Origin: Candidatus Desulfobia pelagia
GTDB lineage: Bacteria; Desulfobacterota; Desulfobulbia; Desulfobulbales; SURF-16
Length of the DNA stretch: 64,000 nt
Assembly: GCA_014382295.1 (NCBI GenBank)
Contig: JACNJZ010000045.1
Span: 6,017-70,016 of the forward strand
Direction: 5' to 3'
Positions 30,038 through 39,454 of the stretch are shown here, piece after piece (the first letter of the stretch is position 1; the number at the start of each line of letters is the position of its first letter). The notes under the pieces were generated by a model. It was not told the origin of the DNA. It worked only from the letters and a program-made list of their open reading frames with translations, and did no database searches. The position numbers were made by a program, and so were the translations under genes.

Positions 30038-30290
30038 AATAGTCCTCGCGAGTCATGATGCCAAGATGCCCGAACCACTTGGAAACAAAGATAATCAATG
30101 TACAGGCGACAAAGCCGAAGATAGACCACCACCCCGGGATATAATGCTCAACCCAGCTATGGGCATGGTGCTCCTTACCGGTTAAGCCGGGAATTATATC
30201 GATGATAACAAGGAGAGCAAGAACCCCGTAACAGAGTCTCACGGTCATCTTCATTCGGTCTCGGAAAAAATCAATAAATTGCACTATCAT
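30027..30290 (-). CDS. Small two-TM membrane protein inside the nuo-like operon (possible accessory subunit)
   Basis: The track ORF 30027..30386 is trimmed to M33 (MIVQFIDFFRDRMKMTVRLCYGVLALLVIIDII...WWSIFGFVACTLIIFVSKWF...REDYYDD). The first 32 codons are encoded by repeat copy B. A GGGAG sits 9 nt upstream of this ATG. The 3' end overlaps the nuoL start by 11 nt. Confidence 0.5.
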   Translation of the reverse strand: MIVQFIDFFRDRMKMTVRLCYGVLALLVIIDIIPGLTGKEHHAHSWVEHYIPGWWSIFGFVACTLIIFVSKWFGHLGIMTREDYYDD

Positions 30291-30300
30291 TTGGCACTCC

Positions 30301-30454
30301 CATAAAAAGTCATGCTGCAGCGCCCAGATGGCTAAGCAAAAAGTTTGATAAACAAGGCGCAGTGTTTTTAACAGGGATTTGATCATACATGTCGTATATC
30401 AAATGTCTGTCAAAAACCTGCAACACAGTAGATCGGACTTTTTGCGACGCCATC
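30301..30454 (-). repeat. Structured intergenic repeat, copy B (~154 nt, reverse orientation), inserted between two nuo-operon genes
   Basis: The reverse complement aligns with copy A (2254-2395) over both conserved flanks. The central stem GCAGGTTTTTGACAG / CTGTTAAAAACACTGC pairs but differs in sequence from copy A (GTAGCAATTTTCCAGG / CTTGAAAAATTGCTAC). Confidence 0.75.
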
Positions 30455-30455
30455 A

Positions 30456-31937
30456 TCATTGGGTCACCATATTAACAAAGGTCATCATAAAATCAGGATA
30501 GATACCTATAATTACAGAAATAATTGCGGCAATCATGAGAGGGATAACCATGGACAACGGAGCTTCCTTAATCCCCTCGTAGGTTTCACCCTCCGGTCGC
30601 TTGCCAAAAAAGGCCCGGTAGGTGACAGGAGCAAAGTAGGCGGCATTAAGCAACGTACTGGCCAGCAGAACAAGCAAAATACCGATAGAATGAGTCTCCA
30701 TTTCCATGGCTCCCACCAACAGCTTCCATTTGGTGACAAAACCGGCTACGGGGGGGGCTCCGATCATGGAGAGGGAGGCAATGCCAAAAGCAGCAAAGGT
30801 AAACGGCATAGTCCGTCCAAGACCGGACATTTCCGAAATTGTTTTTTTGCGGGTGGCAACATAAATGGCACCGGCACAGAAAAAGAGGGTTATTTTCGAG
30901 AAAGCGTGATTGGCAATGTGCACCAGACCACCCTCAATCCCATTGGGGGTCAGCAGTGCGACCCCCAGGATAATATAGGAGAGCTGGCTCACTGTGGAAT
31001 AGGCAAGCCGCGCTTTGAGATTATCCTTGGTAAGCGCAATTATCGAAGCCGTGATGATGGTAAATGAGACAAAGTACGCCGTGGGAACCCCAAGACCCAA
31101 GGCACTCATCTGGTCCGTGCCGAATACGTAAAGCATAACCCTGGTAGTGGAAAAAACTCCCACTTTTACCACGGCTACGGCATGAAGTAGCGCACTGACC
31201 GGGGTTGGGGCTACCATGGCACCGGGCAGCCAGTTGTGCACCGGCATGACGCCATTTTTTGCAAAACCGATGAGGAAGCAGATATAGAGGATAGTTACCA
31301 CTACACCATTCACACCGACAGGAATAATGCCGGTGTGAATATTGTCGGCAAAATCCAGACTGCCGGTCAGCACATAGATAAGAATCATTGCCGGCAACAG
31401 CAGCCCTTTAGCCGTTGTGGTCAGGTAGACAATGTACTTGCGGGCACCGGAATAGCCTTCTTCGTCCTGATGGTGGGCGACCAAAGGGTAGGTACAGATG
31501 GAAACAATCTCATAGAAAAGATACAGGGTAAAAATATTATCCGCGAAAGCAACTCCTATCGCACCAAAAAGAGAAAGGGCAAAACATGTATTAAAGCGCG
31601 TCTGGGCATGTTCCAGCAATCCCCGCATATACCCCATTGAATAAAATGCCGCCAGGATCCAGAGAAAAGAGGCGACAATGGCAAATATCATAGAAAATGC
31701 ATCAGCCCGAAAGGTAAGGGATAATCCGGGCAGCATGTCGAACAGTTGATATTTATATACATTACCAGCCATCACTTCGGGAACCATGGAAGCAATAACG
31801 CCAAACATACAGACTGCAGCTGCCACCGACCAAGACTCTCGGATATTCGGATTTTTGCCTGAAAGACTCACTAAAATGGCGCCAAACAAGGCGCACAACA
31901 TTGCAACTAAAGGTTTGCTCGATACAATGACTTCCAT
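30456..31937 (-). CDS. Additional MrpD/NuoL-M-type antiporter-like subunit (no lateral-helix extension)
   Basis: 493 aa. LTFRADAFSMIFAIV...FYSMGYM....RF...LFYEIVSICTYPLVAHH matches the proton-conducting membrane transporter family. It is a fourth antiporter-like gene in addition to M, L and N. Confidence 0.7.
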   Translation of the reverse strand: MEVIVSSKPLVAMLCALFGAILVSLSGKNPNIRESWSVAAAVCMFGVIASMVPEVMAGNVYKYQLFDMLPGLSLTFRADAFSMIFAIVASFLWILAAFYSMGYMRGLLEHAQTRFNTCFALSLFGAIGVAFADNIFTLYLFYEIVSICTYPLVAHHQDEEGYSGARKYIVYLTTTAKGLLLPAMILIYVLTGSLDFADNIHTGIIPVGVNGVVVTILYICFLIGFAKNGVMPVHNWLPGAMVAPTPVSALLHAVAVVKVGVFSTTRVMLYVFGTDQMSALGLGVPTAYFVSFTIITASIIALTKDNLKARLAYSTVSQLSYIILGVALLTPNGIEGGLVHIANHAFSKITLFFCAGAIYVATRKKTISEMSGLGRTMPFTFAAFGIASLSMIGAPPVAGFVTKWKLLVGAMEMETHSIGILLVLLASTLLNAAYFAPVTYRAFFGKRPEGETYEGIKEAPLSMVIPLMIAAIISVIIGIYPDFMMTFVNMVTQ

Positions 31938-31963
31938 ATCTTTAGTTCCTTATCCTTTCCTTT

Positions 31964-33493
31964 TTACGGCAACAGTACATTCGCCATGGGAGCTATACCG
32001 GTCTGCATGCCAATGACCTGTTCAAGCAAATGGGCCACGCTTGCATGCATGACATTGATAAACGGCTTAGGTGCCAAACCTATCCAGAACACTAAAAGCA
32101 GTAACGGTGCCAGCGTAACGATTTCCCGAGTATTCAAATCAGACAGGCCGGTATGGATTGGATTTTCCGTGCCTCCCCATATCACTTTCTGCAGCATACG
32201 CAACATATAGGCTGCTGCCAGGATTGCCCCGGGAATGGCACAGGTGGCTATCAGTTTTGACTTAGCAAATCCACCGGCAAGAATCATAAACTCGCCGATA
32301 AAGCTATTTGTTCCGGGAAAGGCCAGCGACGAAAGTGAAAAAAATGCCAGAAAAGTCACATAGACAGGCATATACATGCCAACCCCCGCATTCAAAGCAA
32401 GTTCTCTGGTGTGGGTCCGTTCGTAAATAATCCCCACACAGAGAAACAGCGCTCCGGTAGTAATGCCATGGTTGATCATTTGCAGCAGAGCCCCTTCCAT
32501 GCCGTTGGGATTGAGAACAAAAATCCCCAGGGTGATAAAGCCCATGTGGCCCACACTGGAATAGGCAATCAATTTTTTCATATCACTCTGGGCAAGAGCT
32601 GTAAAACCGCCGTACAGGATCCCGGCCACAGACAACCATAAAATATACGGGGTGAAAGTAACGGAGGCGGCCGGGGTAATGGGCAGACAAAACCGCAGGA
32701 AACCATATGTGCCCATTTTCAAAAGTACGCTTGCGAGAATCACACTACCGGCTGTAGGAGCCTGAACATGGGCGGCAGGTAACCAGGTATGGAATGGAAA
32801 CATCGGAACCTTGATGGCAAAAGCCAGGAAAAACGCGACAAACACCCATTTTTGGAAGATTGAAGAATACCCTTGTCCCATCAGGAGTGGAATACTGAAG
32901 GTATGAGGGTCTGTATTAAAATAGAGAGCAATGATTGCCACCAGCATCAGTACCGAACCTGCCAATGTATAGAGAAAAAATTTAATCGAAGCATAGATCT
33001 TGCGTTCCCCCCCCCAGACGCCGATAAGAAAAAACATGGGGATGAGTGTTGCTTCCCAGACGATATAGAAAAATACAAAATCCAGGGCCATGAATACGCC
33101 TAACATGGTCGATTCAATGAGCAGAAGGCAGAACATGAACGCCCTCACCTTGGTTGTAATGTATCGCCAGGAACAGAGGACACAGAGTGGCATCAGCAAG
33201 GTAGTCATCAGGACAAGCAGCAGGCTGATACCGTCTATCCCCAGGGTATAATTGACATTAAGGGCCGGAATCCAGCTATGATGCTCACCAAACTGATAGT
33301 TATGGGTGGTTGGGTCAAAACTGTAATAAAGGGGGAGTGAAACAGCTGCTGTCAATATGGTCACACCCAGCGCCCAATATTTCTGAAAATTTTCTCCTGG
33401 AATAACAAACAAAAGAAAGGCCCCTGCCAGTGGCAGAATCATCAGGATACTCAGGATGGGCAGCCACCCGTCATGCAATATCAAAAAATCCAT
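31964..33493 (-). CDS. nuoM: NADH-quinone oxidoreductase subunit M
   Basis: 509 aa. LGIDGISLLLVLMTTLL and FYIVWEATLIPMFFLIGVWGG are classic NuoM motifs. Confidence 0.85.
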   Translation of the reverse strand: MDFLILHDGWLPILSILMILPLAGAFLLFVIPGENFQKYWALGVTILTAAVSLPLYYSFDPTTHNYQFGEHHSWIPALNVNYTLGIDGISLLLVLMTTLLMPLCVLCSWRYITTKVRAFMFCLLLIESTMLGVFMALDFVFFYIVWEATLIPMFFLIGVWGGERKIYASIKFFLYTLAGSVLMLVAIIALYFNTDPHTFSIPLLMGQGYSSIFQKWVFVAFFLAFAIKVPMFPFHTWLPAAHVQAPTAGSVILASVLLKMGTYGFLRFCLPITPAASVTFTPYILWLSVAGILYGGFTALAQSDMKKLIAYSSVGHMGFITLGIFVLNPNGMEGALLQMINHGITTGALFLCVGIIYERTHTRELALNAGVGMYMPVYVTFLAFFSLSSLAFPGTNSFIGEFMILAGGFAKSKLIATCAIPGAILAAAYMLRMLQKVIWGGTENPIHTGLSDLNTREIVTLAPLLLLVFWIGLAPKPFINVMHASVAHLLEQVIGMQTGIAPMANVLLP

Positions 33494-33501
33494 TGTTTAT
33501 C

Positions 33502-33804
33502 CTATCCTCTCAACTGATTTATTTCGTCTGAATATACGGTCCGCCGGTTACGGAACAGGGCCAAGACAATGCCCAGACCGATGGCTGCCTCTGCAGCAGC
33601 AACAGCAATGATAAAAAAAGTCATGACCTGCCCGTGCAGATCAGTCAGGTAATGGCTAAAGGCAACAAAGTTCAGATTTGCGGCATTCAACATAAGTTCT
33701 ATGCAAAGAAACATGATGATCACATTACGCCGGGTCAAAAACCCATACATACCGATGGAAAAAAGTATGATGCTCAATGCCAAATACCAGGTTACCGGAA
33801 TCAT
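33502..33804 (-). CDS. nuoK: NADH-quinone oxidoreductase subunit K
   Basis: 100 aa, three TM helices, NuoK pattern ([16 protein letters not shown]...[11 protein letters not shown]). Confidence 0.9.
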   Translation of the reverse strand: MIPVTWYLALSIILFSIGMYGFLTRRNVIIMFLCIELMLNAANLNFVAFSHYLTDLHGQVMTFFIIAVAAAEAAIGLGIVLALFRNRRTVYSDEINQLRG

Positions 33805-34367
33805 TTCTTTCCTCCCCTTGTCAATGACCCTGAACCTTCCTTTTGGGCCATGACAACCTCTTGTTTATCCTGCTTGGCCAGAAGAATTCCGCCAACGACT
33901 GCCACTAGCAGAATCAGAGCGATTATCTCAAATGGCAGAATATACGATGTGAATATTTCAATACCCAGAGCTTTGGTATGAGTTGCCTGGCGGATTGCAT
34001 CCGTGGTCCATTTCCCAGGTGTTCCTAAGCGAAAAGACTGTGTAACCGCTATAAGTATCAAAAAAACCAGGAAGGAGATGAATTTGGAGATATTATGATT
34101 TGCAACAAAACGCTCGGTTTTGATCTCTTGCCTGATATTGACGAGGAACAGCACAAAAAGATACAAAACGAGAATGGCGCCGGCATATACGATAATCTGG
34201 ATCGCTGCCAGAAATTCCGCATTGAGCAACAGGTATAATCCGGCCATATGAAAAAAGAGGACAAGAACGGCCAGAACACTGTGGACAGGATTTCGAAACC
34301 GCACAGCAAGTATGCCGGTAATGACAATCACCAGTGCGCAGTATAGAAAGATAAACTTGCTCAACAT
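33801..34367 (-). CDS. nuoJ: NADH-quinone oxidoreductase subunit J
   Basis: 188 aa, membrane protein. Positioned between nuoI and nuoK with 4-nt and 1-nt overlaps. Confidence 0.8.
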   Translation of the reverse strand: MLSKFIFLYCALVIVITGILAVRFRNPVHSVLAVLVLFFHMAGLYLLLNAEFLAAIQIIVYAGAILVLYLFVLFLVNIRQEIKTERFVANHNISKFISFLVFLILIAVTQSFRLGTPGKWTTDAIRQATHTKALGIEIFTSYILPFEIIALILLVAVVGGILLAKQDKQEVVMAQKEGSGSLTRGGKK

Positions 34368-35002
34368 TATTCTCCTCCAGTAATCTTTTTACTGCGTGCT
34401 TTTCTTCCTATAAACTGATTTTCAATACGCCAGTCGTCAGGAACAGGAACTCTTTTTGCCGCCGTCAGTTCCGATTCAGGAAGGCCTCTTGGTCGCCAGA
34501 ACGGATTAACATAACTTGATTGATCATATGTGCTGCTGCTCATAAAATCATCCCAATTGCTCAGCAGTTTTTCTTTATCAAAATAGATTGATTCCCGATC
34601 ATACGAGGCATACTCAAATATATCTGTCATGGTAATGGCGTTGACAGGGCATACTTCGACGCAATAGCCGCAATACACGCATCGGAGGGCTTCAATATTA
34701 AAACTATCCATTACCCTGCGGGAGGTCTCTTCTTCCTGATGATATCGAATACTGATACATCGGGATGGGCAGATTTGCGCACAACGCATACAGGCGACAC
34801 ATTTGGCAGTACCGCTCTGCGGATCGCGAACCAGGGCATGCTGGCCACGGAAACCTGGATAGATCGGCGGCTTTTCTTTCGGATATTGCCTGGTAATCGG
34901 CGGGGAAAACAATTTGCTGAGGGTGAGAGCCAATCCCTGCAAAATTTCCGTGTGGAAGATGGTTTGCAGCCAATTTCTTTTCGGTTTGTATTTTACGATC
35001 AT
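34367..35002 (-). CDS. nuoI: NADH-quinone oxidoreductase subunit I (2x[4Fe-4S])
   Basis: 211 aa. Two ferredoxin motifs (CVACMRCAQICP, CVYCGYCVEVCP). Longer than typical NuoI because of a C-terminal tail. Confidence 0.85.
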   Translation of the reverse strand: MIVKYKPKRNWLQTIFHTEILQGLALTLSKLFSPPITRQYPKEKPPIYPGFRGQHALVRDPQSGTAKCVACMRCAQICPSRCISIRYHQEEETSRRVMDSFNIEALRCVYCGYCVEVCPVNAITMTDIFEYASYDRESIYFDKEKLLSNWDDFMSSSTYDQSSYVNPFWRPRGLPESELTAAKRVPVPDDWRIENQFIGRKARSKKITGGE

Positions 35003-35018
35003 ATCAATCTGTCTCGAC

Positions 35019-35987
35019 TTAATTTATGACGATCTTGACCAACCCGGTGAAAAAGATATTACCAAGGGCCAGTGGTATAAGAAGTTTCCAGCCAATCGTC
35101 ATCAACTGATCATATCTGTACCGTGGAAGTGTAGCCCGGATCCAAATAAAGACAAACATTATCAGGTACACTTTCAAAATGAACCATATCGGCGGGAAAA
35201 ATGGGACATTGAAGGGTCCGTTCCAGCCCCCCAGAAAGCAGACAACACCAATTGAGGCCATTACGAACATACCGATATACTCAGCCATGAAGAACATGGC
35301 ATAACGCATACCGCTGTATTCAGTGCAATAACCGGAAACAAGCTCCGTTTCAGCCTCGGGAAGATCAAACGGCACCCGATTTGTTTCAGCCAGCATGGCA
35401 ACAAAAAAAACGAAAAATGCCACAGGCTGGGTAAAAATATACATACCGGTAAAAGAGCTGCCCTGGGCTTCCACGATCTGTGTCAAGTTCAGAGAGCCGG
35501 ACAGCATCATGACTCCGACCAGGCTCAATCCCAGGGAAATTTCATAACTGATCACCTGGGCCATTGAGCGCATGCCGCCGAGCAGGGTATATTTTGAATT
35601 GGATGCCCAACCGGCAAGGATTATTCCGTAACTGGCCAGTGAACTCATGGCAAAGATGAAAAGGAGACCGATATTGATATCAGCAAGGGCCCAGCCTTTG
35701 GCAAACGGAAGGACAGCCAGCGAGACCATCATTGAAACAAGGCAAATAATAGGAGCTGCCAGGAAGAGGGGTTTATCCGCCTGTTCAGGAATGATATCCT
35801 CCTTGAAAAAACTCTTAATGCCATCGGCGATAGGCTGCAGAAGTCCATGCCATCCGACAAGCATTGGCCCCATGCGAACCTGCATATGACCGATGATCTT
35901 TCTTTCAAAATACGTGGCATAGGCGACATGCAGCAAAACGACGCCCACGAGAATTGCAATCTGAACCAATAATATAAGAATCTGCAT
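35019..35987 (-). CDS. nuoH: NADH-quinone oxidoreductase subunit H
   Basis: 322 aa. NuoH/ND1 pattern (ERKIIGHMQVRMGP, GLLQPIADGIK, NRVPFDLPEAETELV.GY.TEYSG). Confidence 0.9.
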   Translation of the reverse strand: MQILILLVQIAILVGVVLLHVAYATYFERKIIGHMQVRMGPMLVGWHGLLQPIADGIKSFFKEDIIPEQADKPLFLAAPIICLVSMMVSLAVLPFAKGWALADINIGLLFIFAMSSLASYGIILAGWASNSKYTLLGGMRSMAQVISYEISLGLSLVGVMMLSGSLNLTQIVEAQGSSFTGMYIFTQPVAFFVFFVAMLAETNRVPFDLPEAETELVSGYCTEYSGMRYAMFFMAEYIGMFVMASIGVVCFLGGWNGPFNVPFFPPIWFILKVYLIMFVFIWIRATLPRYRYDQLMTIGWKLLIPLALGNIFFTGLVKIVIN

Positions 35988-36046
35988 TCTGTTTCCTGAC
36001 TCCTGTCTAGTAAATCAGCAACCATTCACCGGGGTATAAATAGCTT

Positions 36047-36108
36047 GGCAAACTCCCTGACTGTAAAAGTTTGCCAGTGCCCCAGCTGGGTGCGGGTGAA
36101 CTTTTACT
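36047..36108. promoter_or_regulatory. Nested hairpins in the nuoD-nuoH spacer
   Basis: TGGCAAACT (36047-55) pairs with AGTTTGCCA (36069-77). GTAAAAGTT (36064-72) pairs with AACTTTTAC (36100-08). These enclose the perfect palindrome CCCAGCTGGG (36082-91). The 3' part (gaacttttactaagcatc) resembles the conserved 3' block of the 2254/30301 repeat. Confidence 0.5.
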
Positions 36109-36114
36109 AAGCAT

Positions 36115-37332
36115 CTATCTGTCACACTCACCCAATACAACATCAAGTGTACCGATTATGGCAATCAGATCCGCCACCATGGCTCCCTTTGCCAGTGTCT
36201 TAAGGGCACCGATATGGATAAAGGAAGGTGAACGAATATGCATACGGTACGGGCTGCCATTTCCGTCACTGATAAAATAAAATCCGAGTTCTCCTTTGGG
36301 AACCTCTGTCGGTACATAGACATCGCCTTCCATAAAGATATCCCGATCCTCTACCAGCTTAATCAACCCCTGACGGGCCGGAGTGTCCACCTCCACCTTT
36401 CTCCCCGGTTTATTCGGCATGACCAGGTCCGGGGCATCATCACCGATAATAGGACCCGGCGGCATCTGTTCAATACACTGACGCAGAATATGATTGGATT
36501 GACGCATCTCCTCCATCCGGCAGCGGTACCGAGCGTATGTATCACCGGTCTCACCCCGGGGAATTTCAAAATCCACCAGATCATAGGCGGCATAGGGAAA
36601 ATGTTTACGCACATCATAGTCGACACCCGAGCCGCGCAGGCTCGCTCCGGTGAGGCAGAGACTGACGGCATCCCTGGCTGACACTGTTCCGACGTTAACC
36701 GTGCGTTTCAACCAGATGCGGTTGGTATCGATAAGGGTTTCATATTCTTCAATATTGGCAGGAAATGCATCGACAAAACGTACCAGCTTCATCATGATGG
36801 AATGGGTTACATCCTGTCTTACCCCCCCCAGTCGGGTATAGGTTGTGGTCAACCTGGCACCGCATAGCTCTGCAAACAGCTCAAGGAGCTCCTCTCGTTC
36901 CCGGAAGCAATAGAGAAATACAGTCATGGCCCCGATATCAAGAGCATGGGTCGCCAGCCATAGCAGATGACTGGAGATTCTTGCCATTTCACAGACCATG
37001 GTGCGTAAATATTTAGCACGCAGAGGCACCTCAATTTTCAGCAACTTTTCGACAGCCTCACAGTACCCGACATTATTGGCCATGGCGGCGATATAATCCA
37101 AGCGATCCGTAAGAACCAAGTTCTGGACATACGTTCGATGTTCGGCCAACTTCTCAAAGCCCCTGTGGAGATATCCTACATGGGGCTCACATTCCATGAT
37201 CGTTTCACCATCCAGATCCAGATCCACACGAAGTACGCCATGGGTGGCCGGATGCTGCGGACCCATCCTGAGTCGATAATGGTCCTCATTGCCGGCGGAT
37301 ACCGGTATATCAACAGTTGTTGCTTTAATCAT
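36115..37332 (-). CDS. nuoD: NADH-quinone oxidoreductase subunit D
   Basis: 405 aa. MGPQHPATHGVLR, HRGFEKL and a C-terminal ...LGECDR, all typical of NuoD. Confidence 0.92.
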   Translation of the reverse strand: MIKATTVDIPVSAGNEDHYRLRMGPQHPATHGVLRVDLDLDGETIMECEPHVGYLHRGFEKLAEHRTYVQNLVLTDRLDYIAAMANNVGYCEAVEKLLKIEVPLRAKYLRTMVCEMARISSHLLWLATHALDIGAMTVFLYCFREREELLELFAELCGARLTTTYTRLGGVRQDVTHSIMMKLVRFVDAFPANIEEYETLIDTNRIWLKRTVNVGTVSARDAVSLCLTGASLRGSGVDYDVRKHFPYAAYDLVDFEIPRGETGDTYARYRCRMEEMRQSNHILRQCIEQMPPGPIIGDDAPDLVMPNKPGRKVEVDTPARQGLIKLVEDRDIFMEGDVYVPTEVPKGELGFYFISDGNGSPYRMHIRSPSFIHIGALKTLAKGAMVADLIAIIGTLDVVLGECDR

Positions 37333-37888
37333 GCCCGCCTTTCTCTTTACTTAAATTGTCATAAAAATCAAATTTACCCAATTCCCGGCTCTTCGCTTTT
37401 AATTCCTCATAGCCGATCCATTCTGTGTCTCCGCGTAAAGGATATTCTTTGCGTAAAGGATGTCCTTCCCAGTCATCAGGGGTAAGGATTCTTCTCTGAT
37501 CCGGATGGGAATTAAAATTGATCCCCATAAGATCATAGCACTCTCGTTCAAGCCAGTTGGCGCCGATCCACAGTGAAGTTATTGACTCGATGGAGCAGTC
37601 ATGTTCCGGCACCTGGACCCGCAGCCGAAACATTTGTTTTTGAGAAATGGAATACAATTGATACACCACTTCAAACCGTTCAAAAAATGGTCCTTTTCTT
37701 TTGGAATTATCCACCCCGCAGAGACACATGAGATGATTCATGTTGCATTCATCCCGCAGAAATCTGCATATCTCAACAATATGGTCACGCTTTACCATCA
37801 CGGCTTTCTGGCCCAAGTGTTCGTAACTCTCCAGCAGATCATCTGGGAATTCCTCCCGTAATTTTTCAACTATACCAGTTGACTCCAT
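37325..37888 (-). CDS. nuoC: NADH-quinone oxidoreductase subunit C
   Basis: 187 aa. [22 protein letters not shown]...[11 protein letters not shown] pattern. Confidence 0.9.
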   Translation of the reverse strand: MESTGIVEKLREEFPDDLLESYEHLGQKAVMVKRDHIVEICRFLRDECNMNHLMCLCGVDNSKRKGPFFERFEVVYQLYSISQKQMFRLRVQVPEHDCSIESITSLWIGANWLERECYDLMGINFNSHPDQRRILTPDDWEGHPLRKEYPLRGDTEWIGYEELKAKSRELGKFDFYDNLSKEKGGHD

Positions 37889-38391
37889 CTCCCCTGCTCC
37901 CGATTAATTTTTTCCTGCAGTTTAATGAGCCCCTCCAGAAGCGCCTCCGGTCGAGGCGGACAGCCAGGAATGTAGACATCCACCGGCAGAAATTCATCTC
38001 CCCCCTGAACAACAGCATAGGTATCAAACACTCCGCCACTGCACGCACATGATCCCATGGCCAGGACATAACGGGGTTCCGGCATCTGGTCATATACGCG
38101 GCGAACCACAGGAGCCATTTTCTTCGATATGGTTCCGGCCAGGATCAGACAATCGGCCTGACGAGGACTGGCGCGAAAGATAACACCAAATCGATCAAGA
38201 TCATTAGTTGAGGCACCGGCAACCATCATTTCAATGGCACAGCAGGCCAGGCCGAAGGTAACCGGCCAGATAGAACCGGTACGCCCCCAGTTGATTATTT
38301 TATTGAGCGGGCCAACCAGGGCACTGGCGCCGGGAATAAACCTGACACCATCCTGTATCTTGACCAGGCCACTGTTATTCATTTGTCCCAT
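37870..38391 (-). CDS. nuoB: NADH-quinone oxidoreductase subunit B
   Basis: 173 aa. [15 protein letters not shown] and GSCACSGG...IPGCPPRPE (N2 cluster ligands). Confidence 0.93.
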   Translation of the reverse strand: MGQMNNSGLVKIQDGVRFIPGASALVGPLNKIINWGRTGSIWPVTFGLACCAIEMMVAGASTNDLDRFGVIFRASPRQADCLILAGTISKKMAPVVRRVYDQMPEPRYVLAMGSCACSGGVFDTYAVVQGGDEFLPVDVYIPGCPPRPEALLEGLIKLQEKINREQGRWSQLV

Positions 38392-38753
38392 TGCAGATTC
38401 CCTTTTTTCCAGGCATAGATAAAGCCGACAAGCAGCAAAATAATGAAAATAAACATTTCCACCAGGGCAAACATTCCCAACTTGTCATATACCAGCGCCC
38501 ATGGGTAAAGAAAGATGGCTTCCACATCGAAAACGATAAAAAGGATCGCAATCGTATAAAATTTGACAGAAAACCGCATACGTGGCGCTTCAGTAGGGGG
38601 ATTGCCCGATTCATAGGCCACCAGTTTCTCAAAATAAGGCCGCTGCACCCTGAAATATCGTCCTATCCAGAGTGTGATCACCCCAAAAGCAATACCAACC
38701 AGCAACAGCATCAGTATGGCCAAGTATTCTGATGGTAAAAATGCACCGGGCAT
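38379..38753 (-). CDS. nuoA: NADH-quinone oxidoreductase subunit A
   Basis: 124 aa, three TM helices. YESGNPP and [15 protein letters not shown] motifs. Confidence 0.9.
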   Translation of the reverse strand: MPGAFLPSEYLAILMLLLVGIAFGVITLWIGRYFRVQRPYFEKLVAYESGNPPTEAPRMRFSVKFYTIAILFIVFDVEAIFLYPWALVYDKLGMFALVEMFIFIILLLVGFIYAWKKGNLQWDK

Positions 38754-38884
38754 AATTTTCTCCCTGTTTTAGGTAGTTGGCTGTTTAGGCTGAAGGTTAT
38801 TTTTAGTTTCAATTATATATAATAATAAACATATGCCCATAATGAACAATTTTTCTTTCAGCCTTGCAACCTTTAAATTACCTC

Positions 38885-39391
38885 TTACGATTTGTTTTGC
38901 AGGAGTTGTTCGGCAAATTGCTGTCGTTTTGCTTCGGATGCTTTATCCGGGGTAGTAAACTCCAAACACCCTGACAAGCACTTTGTGACACATGCCGGTT
39001 TAAGGCCCTCATCGATCCTGTCTTTACACAGATCACATTTGCCGACTTTACCGGTCCTGCCGTTCCACTGCGGCACTCCCCAGGGACAAGCCGTCATGCA
39101 GGCCTTGCATCCTACGCAGAGAGCATCGTCAACAAAGACAATCCCGTCTTTGTCACGGCGCTGCATGGCACCTGTGGGGCAGGCTTCCACACACCACGGA
39201 CTTTCACAGTGAAAACAGGCCATATAGACAAAATCTGAAATCGGCATACCGTTCTTTATCCTGGGACCAACCTCCATGATTTTGCAGTAATAGGCATTTT
39301 TGGCTGAGTCGTTTTTATCTTTGCAATGTGCCTCGCAGGCCCGGCAGCCTATACACCGTTCCACCCGCTGCGTTACTTGATATTTACTCAT
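38885..39391 (-). CDS. Four-cluster [4Fe-4S] ferredoxin-type subunit (PsrB/DmsB-like) of a molybdopterin oxidoreductase
   Basis: 168 aa. CIGCRACEAHC, CFHCESPWCVEACP, CVGCKACMTACP and CDLC...C..C groups. No signal peptide or TM segment. Confidence 0.85.
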   Translation of the reverse strand: MSKYQVTQRVERCIGCRACEAHCKDKNDSAKNAYYCKIMEVGPRIKNGMPISDFVYMACFHCESPWCVEACPTGAMQRRDKDGIVFVDDALCVGCKACMTACPWGVPQWNGRTGKVGKCDLCKDRIDEGLKPACVTKCLSGCLEFTTPDKASEAKRQQFAEQLLQNKS

Positions 39392-39454
39392 GGTTTCAAA
39401 CCTCCATTTCTTGATCGTATATTGGATAGGATTTCAGTAAGTTCCATAAAGATA

